A DNA stretch of 64,000 nucleotides from a virus. Lineage: Duplodnaviria; Caudoviricetes. The DNA is taken from positions 1-64,000 of the IMG/VR virus record IMGVR_UViG_3300020166_000019, one strand, 5' to 3'. Position numbers and translations under genes: made by a program. Of the stretch, positions 8,992 to 16,163 are shown piece after piece. The notes beneath the pieces were generated by a model. The model searched no databases. It was not told the origin of the DNA and saw only the letters and a list, made by a program, of their open reading frames with translations. Every line of letters begins with the position of its first letter. The stretch's first letter is position 1.

Positions 8992-10671
8992 TTATACTTC
9001 CTCATCCGTTTCTGCATTTTCTGAGCCATCTATAACTGAACTATCTTCTGTATCATCTTTATCAGTTTCATCAAAATCAAAATCATTTCCTGTGAAATCT
9101 GAATCTGATGGCGCTGAGCCAATATCTTTCATACCAAAGTTTTCTTCATTATTAGAACTAATATCATTCTCTTCACGCCACATACGCTCATTTTCTAAGA
9201 TTTCATCTTTGGATAATCCCAAGAAACGCTCAAGTGCAAATCTCTTACTGATGTAATCAGCACCTTCAATACTAGAAAATACATTCATTGCAACTGCGTC
9301 AACTTCAGACTGACGGAATTTACCGAAGTTTTGTGGTTCATTGAATTTTATATTGAATAATGAACTTTCTACTTGAACACCACGATGCTTTAGAAACATT
9401 TTAAATTCTCTATCAAAATCGTCAATAAGTAATGATTGTATACGCTCACAGAACTTAGTAAATCTAAATTCTTCAATCATTGCAGTACCAACACGGCCAT
9501 CATTGTAAATTCCACTATCCCCGCCTTGACCAAGATATGATGTAGGTACACGCAATCCACGCATTAACTTATCATTGAAATATTTCAAATCATCAATCTG
9601 TCCTAAGTTTTCTCCACCAGGAAGAGTTTCAACTTTGGATCCACGGCCTTCCGCAGTTTGTGCAAAGAAATAATCTTCCATTATTGACAAAGGATTATAT
9701 GCACTATCAGTAATATTTTGCCCGCCGCCAGTCTTAGATGGAATACGTCTTTGATGTATTTCACCTTTAATACGTTCTAAATGTGCGCGGGCTTTATGTG
9801 TTGGCATTGAACCAACATCAATATAGAATACACGGCGTTCCGGCGCACGTTGTACACGATATATTAATATAGCATCTTCTAGTAACTCTTTTTGTTTATA
9901 TACTTTAAAAATTGGCTCTAGTATTGAATTACCGAAAGGCCAAAAACCATCAACCCCTTCACTCAGTGAAATATGAATAACATGATTAGCATCAACAGGA
10001 GTAGATTTTTGCTCATTCGCATGTCGTGCACCAGCGCCACTACTATAACCCTGCATTGTATTGCCATTTAATGATGGTGCGCCCATTGAGCCCACACCAT
10101 GATTTGTTAGTTTACTTTGGTCCGCAGTAACATTCATACTTTCAATGTTAATATCCATATCTTTAATATAGTATGCTTCTACTTTCTTGCCCTTACCTTC
10201 ATTGACAATTACTTTATCAACTTTTGCAGGATCAACCCAGTATAATTGATATGTTTCTGGGTCTCTGACAAACATTTGGTCGCCATATTTTATAGCATTT
10301 CTAAAAATGCGAAATATACGTTTGTTTAATTTGTTAAGGCTAACCCATTGTTTAAGTGTACGACTAATAATATCGCTTTCACTTTCGGTAGGTTCTTCAT
10401 TGTAGTTTATTTCAAACGGAATTTTATTCTGTTCATCTTTTAATGTAGAAAACTCAGCAATAATATCAAGTGCTGCATTTACTTCACTATCTAAATCCAT
10501 TTGATCATATTGGCCATACCGCTGAACACGATTGGGCTGCCCTTGATAAACTTCAGGTAACCAACTACTATAACGTTTATTAGACGCTTCACTTCCATTA
10601 TCAGTGTTTGTACTCGGTGACCGCTGCGGTAAACCATCATACGTTTTAAAATATTTTTTCCAAGTTGCCAT
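8992..10671 (-). CDS. gp20: Portal vertex protein (gp20-like)
   Basis: LLEDAILIYRVQRAPERRVFYIDVG, EDYFF, VETLPGGENLGQIDDLKYF motifs. Confidence 0.97.
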   Translation of the reverse strand: MATWKKYFKTYDGLPQRSPSTNTDNGSEASNKRYSSWLPEVYQGQPNRVQRYGQYDQMDLDSEVNAALDIIAEFSTLKDEQNKIPFEINYNEEPTESESDIISRTLKQWVSLNKLNKRIFRIFRNAIKYGDQMFVRDPETYQLYWVDPAKVDKVIVNEGKGKKVEAYYIKDMDINIESMNVTADQSKLTNHGVGSMGAPSLNGNTMQGYSSGAGARHANEQKSTPVDANHVIHISLSEGVDGFWPFGNSILEPIFKVYKQKELLEDAILIYRVQRAPERRVFYIDVGSMPTHKARAHLERIKGEIHQRRIPSKTGGGQNITDSAYNPLSIMEDYFFAQTAEGRGSKVETLPGGENLGQIDDLKYFNDKLMRGLRVPTSYLGQGGDSGIYNDGRVGTAMIEEFRFTKFCERIQSLLIDDFDREFKMFLKHRGVQVESSLFNIKFNEPQNFGKFRQSEVDAVAMNVFSSIEGADYISKRFALERFLGLSKDEILENERMWREENDISSNNEENFGMKDIGSAPSDSDFTGNDFDFDETDKDDTEDSSVIDGSENAETDEEV

Positions 10672-10691
10672 CTTTAATTCCTATAAGTCTT

Positions 10692-10720
10692 ATACTAACA
10701 TATTATTTAACATTTGTCAA
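10692..10720 (-). promoter_or_regulatory. Sigma70-type promoter upstream of the portal gene
   Basis: TTGACA-17 nt-TAGTAT on the minus strand. Confidence 0.5.
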
Positions 10721-10746
10721 TATAATATTAATTTATTACGTTTTTA

Positions 10747-12816
10747 TTAGTTCAATCGATTCACTAGGTCTTTGATACTTTGTACTAATGAATCAATTCC
10801 TGCGTTATGTTGTTTTGTTTCATCACTATTAAACCATTTAGGTAGAAGTAAATAATCATCTTTCATCTTGTCGGTCAAAGCTTCTTTCATCGCCGCTGCC
10901 ATTTTATGCTTATCTTCTGCCTTCAGTATTTGGTCTTGCATTACTGCTATCGCCGCTGTAAGATCATGATCCGCTAGTTCAATTACTCTCTGTACCGCTT
11001 CTAATTGTTCCAGTTTACGTGTCTCTGTAGCGGAAACACCCATACCGCCGTTCTCTCTGGTTTGATGTTGTAGTTGGAACGAAGCAGCCACGTCCTGGCC
11101 TTCTTCAAGGGCTACGCCTGCAATCGCGGGAACCTGCATTTGAGCGGCTTGAGCTCCTCCAGCCAGTGTCATATTCGCTATTGTACCAAGACTTAATTCG
11201 AATTTTCGAACACCGCCAGTAAATGAAGATGTCGCTGCAGCTAACGTTGCAGTTTCACGTGTTAATATCAATGATGATTCTACGAACTGATTTAATGTTG
11301 TACCTAAATCAGCGGCACTCAACACTAGTGTCTCAGTTGCCTCTGAGGCAATTTTAGCAAATCTTTGTGCTTCAATCAAGGAAACTATTGCTTTATCTTC
11401 GGTCGATGTTTCTACTGTACCTTTGTCAGCGTCCGCAATTGTCTGTCCCATTGTTGCTAATTGCGTAATGAGAGCGCGTGCCATGCCTTCATCTAAATTT
11501 ACCAATGCTTTATTTTCTCTTGCAAATTGTATTATCGACTCAAATTGTGGTCCCATGTTTGCATATAATGCATTTGCAGCGTCTGGTCCTTGTGTTCTAG
11601 CAGTCTCTGCCATTTGTGTTATAAGGGGTAAAAGTTTTTGACCAATTACATCACCTTGTAACTGCTGCGCAACATCTGTCTGTAAAAAGTCCTGTGTACT
11701 ACCCGCAGCCATAGCAGTTGCAATACCTGAACCTAATATAGTCCCCTCACCACCAAAACGTCCAACCATTGCTTCTACGTTTTTTCGCATTGCAGGTTCC
11801 ATTAGTGCCAGTTGCGATGCAAATTGGTCTTGTTTTAACGTTTCAGAAATCATATTAGCAGCATCTTGCAGATTTATTTTCATAACATTTGAAGTGGAAA
11901 CCACAGTGTCCATAAAATTATCCATGCCCATGCGCATTTGGTTATCTGATAATTTATCTAATTGTCCAATTGACCGCACAGATTCCATATATGTTCCTGC
12001 AATTTCAGCAACCTCACTAAACTCCATACCAAAGCGTTGCATCATGTCAGAATTGCCTTCGCCTGATTTTGCCAAAGTATTAGCAAACTGCATCGATGCC
12101 TTAACCCCAGTAATACCGACTGCTTGAGAAAATTGTCTTGTGAAATCTGCTGCTTCGCCAAAAGTAAAATTAGAACGTGATATAGTTTTTGATAATCCTA
12201 ATAAACCCGCTCCTGCGGAATCCATGCCTGCGAGTAAACCCGATTGTCTCATTTCTTGTGCTAGATTAAACCTATTTGTGGCGCCTGCAATTGTTTTGGT
12301 ATTTGCAGTTGAAACAACGCCCACAGCCGCCGCAACACCGGCGAGCACTGTTTTAACATCGCCCCACAAAGAACCCATATCGTTTGCAGAAGATTCAATG
12401 TTAGCACGTAAATTTGCTTCGGAAGTTGTCAGTCCTTGCTTTTCATAATCTGCTATACGCTTAGTAATATCTAATTGTCTTTTAGCAGTTCTATTTGTGT
12501 CACTTAATATATTAGTTAGTGATTTAAGAAATCCAGTTTGTTTTTTATTTGTGTTAGCATTAACTGCATCAGTTGCATTACCTTTTTTTATTGTAGTTTC
12601 AGTATTTTTGATTCCATTCAATAGCTCAGAAAGTTTGGCTGCTGATCCAGCTTCATCTCTTGATAAACTAGATAATGCTTGCATTATCTGCCGATTGATA
12701 TCAGTATTACTGCTAAATCCAGAATTTAGCGCATTTAGCACCTGACGCTGTGTTGCTTCATTGCTCCATTGTGGTACACCTGGACCCAAACCTGAAATAA
12801 ATACGTCTTCTGCCAT
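10747..12816 (-). CDS. Probable tail tape-measure / baseplate hub protein
   Basis: 689 aa, helical, A/G/M/Q-rich with a hydrophobic segment; divergent from gp26/gp51-like genes; size comparable to T4 gp29. Confidence 0.55.
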   Translation of the reverse strand: MAEDVFISGLGPGVPQWSNEATQRQVLNALNSGFSSNTDINRQIMQALSSLSRDEAGSAAKLSELLNGIKNTETTIKKGNATDAVNANTNKKQTGFLKSLTNILSDTNRTAKRQLDITKRIADYEKQGLTTSEANLRANIESSANDMGSLWGDVKTVLAGVAAAVGVVSTANTKTIAGATNRFNLAQEMRQSGLLAGMDSAGAGLLGLSKTISRSNFTFGEAADFTRQFSQAVGITGVKASMQFANTLAKSGEGNSDMMQRFGMEFSEVAEIAGTYMESVRSIGQLDKLSDNQMRMGMDNFMDTVVSTSNVMKINLQDAANMISETLKQDQFASQLALMEPAMRKNVEAMVGRFGGEGTILGSGIATAMAAGSTQDFLQTDVAQQLQGDVIGQKLLPLITQMAETARTQGPDAANALYANMGPQFESIIQFARENKALVNLDEGMARALITQLATMGQTIADADKGTVETSTEDKAIVSLIEAQRFAKIASEATETLVLSAADLGTTLNQFVESSLILTRETATLAAATSSFTGGVRKFELSLGTIANMTLAGGAQAAQMQVPAIAGVALEEGQDVAASFQLQHQTRENGGMGVSATETRKLEQLEAVQRVIELADHDLTAAIAVMQDQILKAEDKHKMAAAMKEALTDKMKDDYLLLPKWFNSDETKQHNAGIDSLVQSIKDLVNRLN

Positions 12817-12920
12817 AAACTTTCTCTCTTTTTTAGTTATATTAGCATATAATAATAGTGTTAAATACTATTATAATAAATAACTTATCAAATGTATTTA
12901 TCATCAGCAAAGGAAATACA

Positions 12921-13760
12921 ATGAATCAAGAAAATCCATTAATTAAATATTTTAGAAAACCAAAAATATATGTCACATTGCCAACTGGTGGAAAATTCAA
13001 TCCAGAATTAAAAACAACATTGCTTGATGAAGTAGGAGTTAGTGCAATGTCTGCTATTGATGAAATTTCACTAAGAAATCCAGAAGCGTTACTTAATGGA
13101 GAAGCAATTAAAAGTGTTATCGAAAGTTGTGTGCCGACTGTTGGCGATCCTATGCAATTATGTAATATTGATATAGAAGCATTATTCTTGGCAATTCAAT
13201 ATGCTACATACGGAAATGATCTGACACATGAACATACTTGTGAAAACTGCAAAGAAATCGCAGAATACAAAATAGATGTTAATGAAATACTCAATCGTTT
13301 TCCTAGTGTAGACTATATAGATCCAATTCTTTTCGAAGATGTTAATATTCATATTAGACCACCAACATTAGAAAATGTAACACGTATGGCTCTAATAGAT
13401 TTAGAACAGAAAAAAATCGTACAAAATTTACAAAAAGTAGATGATGATACTCCAGACATGGATATCGCAAGTAAATTTTATACCAGTTTTAAAAAAATTG
13501 CAACATTCAATGTTGATATGCTTGCAAATGCCATTAGTAGAATCGAATCACCTGATGCTATAGTAACAGATACTATGATGATATCCGAGTTTCTACAAAA
13601 TGTACCGACAAACGTAGTACAAGAATTGAATAAAGCAATTGAAAAAATTGCTGTAAAACCCGAAAACATAAACAAAATGCAATTCAAGTGTGGAAGTTGC
13701 GATAGTGTAGATGAAGTTTATCTGGAGATTAATCCTATAAATTTTTTAGAAGCTGGCTAG
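12921..13760 (+). CDS. Baseplate hub assembly protein (gp26-like) / tail assembly chaperone
   Basis: NPLIKYFRKPKIYVTLPTGG, MSAIDEISLRNPEALLNG, DIEALFLAIQYATYG and two CxxC pairs. SD AAGGA before ATG 12921. Confidence 0.75.
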   Translation: MNQENPLIKYFRKPKIYVTLPTGGKFNPELKTTLLDEVGVSAMSAIDEISLRNPEALLNGEAIKSVIESCVPTVGDPMQLCNIDIEALFLAIQYATYGNDLTHEHTCENCKEIAEYKIDVNEILNRFPSVDYIDPILFEDVNIHIRPPTLENVTRMALIDLEQKKIVQNLQKVDDDTPDMDIASKFYTSFKKIATFNVDMLANAISRIESPDAIVTDTMMISEFLQNVPTNVVQELNKAIEKIAVKPENINKMQFKCGSCDSVDEVYLEINPINFLEAG

Positions 13761-13978
13761 TATCAGCAAGTCAGCAAGAAATACAACAAAAATCAGAAAA
13801 ATATGAAAAAGAGCTTGACAAGTTTCATAAGGATATGTTAAAGTTAACATGGTATATGAGAGGAGGAGTAAGTATATCAGAATTATATGATATGGAAGCG
13901 AATCATATATCTCATATTACATCAATCGTTGAGGGCAATTTCGAACTTAGTAAACAAGCAGGAATGCCAATACTTTAA
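13733..13978 (+). CDS. gp51-like small hub-assembly ORF, possibly expressed as a -1 frameshift extension of the upstream gene
   Basis: The -1 frame is open from 13733 to 13978 (…LTWYMRGGVSISELYDM…NFELSKQAGMPIL). First ATG is at 13835; slippery run AAATTTTTTA at 13739-13748. Confidence 0.65.
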   Translation, partial: SYKFFRSWLVSASQQEIQQKSEKYEKELDKFHKDMLKLTWYMRGGVSISELYDMEANHISHITSIVEGNFELSKQAGMPIL

Positions 13979-13998
13979 CATCTAATATAAAACTAATA

Positions 13999-14006
13999 TA
14001 TAAATA
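13999..14006 (+). promoter_or_regulatory. Late promoter TATAAATA upstream of the structured non-coding region
   Basis: Exact T4 late consensus, although in an AT-rich context. Confidence 0.5.
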
Positions 14007-14069
14007 AAATACAAAACTAATATATTTCTAACATAGGCCAATAATATGACTAATATAACGTATAACATA

Positions 14070-14475
14070 GTGGGCCTGTTGATCGGATACCCGATTCGGG
14101 ATTGAGACTGCCAGTTGAAATAATCTGTCGCCGTCAGACTAGTGGGGATGAATTCCTGCAATCTTCTCGTAAACCACATATACAAGTATTCTAATTACAA
14201 CAGCCGCATCTCTAAAGGCGTGTGGTTGACCAGCTTAATAATATAACCGATGATAGGCTACTATAGCACTATCGGCTCTGTGATGTTTTTTAATGTATAG
14301 ATATCATAAGGGTGCCGTTGGGTCGTAAGACGCAATAGTGAATGACGAGGGAATCGCCAACCGACCTCGCTGTATCTGGCAGCTAGTTCACATACATTAG
14401 GTACGAAACATAGGACAGGATACAACCTGTTTATAGTTTTTTATCAATTGTCCTGGCAACAGGGCAATTGTGGAT
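14070..14475 (+). ncRNA. Large structured non-coding RNA candidate (family unknown)
   Basis: GC-elevated with no credible ORF. At least 8 stem-loops with plus-strand G-U pairs and GNRA loops (GTC-GTAA-GAC; CAATTGTCCTG-GCAA-CAGGGCAATTG). Confidence 0.6.
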
Positions 14476-14555
14476 ACTCTTCAGGACAGAATATATAAGA
14501 TTGACTATATTATAATATATAATACCATGTAATAATATTATTAATTTAAAAAACA

Positions 14556-14619
14556 AATACTGAATTAATTGAATGAGTGAAACGAAAGAAATTAATGAAA
14601 GTATTGGGTCTTTAGACCC
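14556..14619 (+). other. Hairpin with tandem G.A mismatches and a GAA triloop, followed by a GGGTC-TTTA-GACCC hairpin
   Basis: AATACT GA ATTAATT GA AT GA GT-GAA-AC GA AA GA AATTAAT GA A AGTATT. Confidence 0.55.
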
Positions 14620-14684
14620 TTAAAGATAACTACATAATTACTATAGTTAAATAGATAGTAATGATTATATAGAAATGGACAGAT

Positions 14685-15230
14685 ATGGCTAGCAAAAGTA
14701 AAACAAAAGGAAGTAGTTATGAACGTGATGTAGCTAAATTTCTAAGTGAGAAATATGGTGATAGCTTTGTACGTGTTCCTAATAGCGGTGCATACATAGG
14801 TGGAAGTAACTTCCACCGTGCACAACATTTAAGCGAAGGCCAAGTTCGTAGTTTTAAAGGAGATATTATTCCACCTGATAATTGGAAGTACTTCAATTGT
14901 GAGTGTAAAAATTACGCAGACTTTACATTTCACCACTTTTTTATGGATAAACATATACCGATCTTAGAAGAATGGATTGACCAATGTCTTGACGTTTCCG
15001 AAGATAACGATGTTAATATCATGTTCATTAAAATTACACGTAAAGGTCAATTCGTGTGCTATCCAGAATACATGTATCAAGCAGGATTTACAACAACCAA
15101 TTATACGATATATGAAAGTGCAAAGCATGGTAAATGGATTTTTGCTGCGTGGGATCCATTTTGGCAAAAGAATACAGATAAGATTAAAGATGCGTGTGTC
15201 AATGGATTTGACAAAAATTCTTTTTATTAA
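14685..15230 (+). CDS. Holliday junction resolvase (Hjc-like PD-(D/E)xK nuclease)
   Basis: KGSSYERDVAKFL, RVPNSGA, GDIIPP and ECKNY motifs. Confidence 0.8.
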   Translation: MASKSKTKGSSYERDVAKFLSEKYGDSFVRVPNSGAYIGGSNFHRAQHLSEGQVRSFKGDIIPPDNWKYFNCECKNYADFTFHHFFMDKHIPILEEWIDQCLDVSEDNDVNIMFIKITRKGQFVCYPEYMYQAGFTTTNYTIYESAKHGKWIFAAWDPFWQKNTDKIKDACVNGFDKNSFY

Positions 15231-15559
15231 CTTTCTAGATAAATCTTTAAAATATATAAACAAGTCATAGTTAAAAATAAGCTTATAGATAGCGCAGGTA
15301 AGAATGCAATATTTTTAACCAAAAGTACAAACAACGGAAAGAATACTAAACTCACTAAGACAAATATAATTGTCTCTTTTGCTAATTGTGAGAATACAGC
15401 AATATCAACTCCAGAATAGTACATAAAGAGTATACTAACTACACTAGTTAATGGTATACCTAGAATCAAAGCGCCCAACGTAGGATTTCCACGTTGAGCA
15501 ACAGTGACTACACTGGCGATAATAATACCACCAATTATTGATTTAAGTATGAATTCCAT
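15227..15559 (-). CDS. Small 4-TM membrane protein (DUF3147/GlpM-like)
   Basis: KSIIGGIIIA...LGALILGIPLTSV pattern; four hydrophobic helices. Confidence 0.6.
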   Translation of the reverse strand: MEFILKSIIGGIIIASVVTVAQRGNPTLGALILGIPLTSVVSILFMYYSGVDIAVFSQLAKETIIFVLVSLVFFPLFVLLVKNIAFLPALSISLFLTMTCLYILKIYLES

Positions 15560-15747
15560 TAGTCTTCTTTTGGAACTTTTCTTTTTGGAGGATTTCTAAA
15601 TTTATATTTCATATCTGCTGCATCAGTGCCCAACCCTTCAGGAATAGATTCTATTTTTCCACCCTTTTTCAAAAACTCTTTTACTGCCATTTCTGCATCA
15701 TTGCGGGCTTTTGTTGTCTTTTCAGTAGTCTGGCGGGTAATGCTCAT
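15559..15747 (-). CDS. SutA-like RNA-polymerase-binding small protein (62 aa)
   Basis: ARNDAEMAVKEFLKKGGKIESIP resembles the EFLxxGGK[VI]xxI core of Pseudomonas SutA. SD TAGGAG before ATG 15747. Confidence 0.55.
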   Translation of the reverse strand: MSITRQTTEKTTKARNDAEMAVKEFLKKGGKIESIPEGLGTDAADMKYKFRNPPKRKVPKED

Positions 15748-15770
15748 TAAAATTCTCCTATTATAAACTA

Positions 15771-15804
15771 TATTTATCATAACACAATATGTAAAAATTG
15801 TCAA
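15771..15804 (-). promoter_or_regulatory. Overlapping sigma70 (TTGACA-17-TATGAT) and late (GATAAATA) promoters
   Basis: Minus strand TTGACAATTTTTACATATTGTGTTATGATAAATA. Confidence 0.6.
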
Positions 15805-15837
15805 TAGAAAACCCAGCATTCATTGAATGCTGGGTTT
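15803..15837 (-). terminator. Intrinsic terminator
   Basis: AAACCCAGCATTCA-A-TGAATGCTGGGTTTTCTATT: long inverted repeat followed by a T tract. Confidence 0.8.
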
Positions 15838-15918
15838 ATGTCTCTATAATATAGAGAATACAATAAAAAGTAGTTGTAATGAGAGTTAAGAGGGTAACAA
15901 TCTATCTTTTTATGTATG
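15805..15918 (-). ncRNA. Candidate ~110-nt small RNA
   Basis: Bounded by a near-consensus sigma70 promoter (15924-15952) and the terminator; no SD/ATG-led ORF inside. Confidence 0.45.
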
Positions 15919-15923
15919 AGTTA

Positions 15924-15952
15924 AGTATAGCATATACTTATTATTATGTCAA
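15924..15952 (-). promoter_or_regulatory. Sigma70 promoter with extended -10
   Basis: TTGACA-taataataagtatatgc-TATACT (17 nt spacer, TGn). Confidence 0.7.
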
Positions 15953-15959
15953 CCTATTT

Positions 15960-16136
15960 CTACATATTATTTTTCTTTTCTTGAATTTCAGCTCGGCGAG
16001 ATTTGGTTAGTTTACCAATTTCACCAAGTGCTTTTCTAGCACGTGCCGCCGCCGCTTTAACACCCTTTTCTTCGAATGCTGCATGTTCCTTAACATATAC
16101 TTCAATTTGCTCTAAAATTTGATCATGGTTTGTCAT
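15960..16136 (-). CDS. Small basic Hc1/histone-H1-like DNA-binding protein (58 aa)
   Basis: Below the ORF-track cutoff: MTNHDQILEQIEVYVKEHAAFEEKGVKAAAARARKALGEIGKLTKSRRAEIQEKKNNM; SD TAGGAG. Confidence 0.7.
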   Translation of the reverse strand: MTNHDQILEQIEVYVKEHAAFEEKGVKAAAARARKALGEIGKLTKSRRAEIQEKKNNM

Positions 16137-16163
16137 TGTTTTCTCCTATATGACGGTATCTAT

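Noticed and set aside
13982-14185. 67-aa minus-strand ORF in the non-coding region
   Set aside because: No convincing SD, its hydrophobic tail derives from the AT-rich repeats, and the strand asymmetry of G-U pairs favours a plus-strand RNA.
14070-14475. tmRNA, RNase P RNA, or group I/II intron identity for the structured region
   Set aside because: No T-loop/CCA acceptor end, no GAGGAAAGUCC, no recognisable P7 or domain V motifs, and no interrupted gene on either side.
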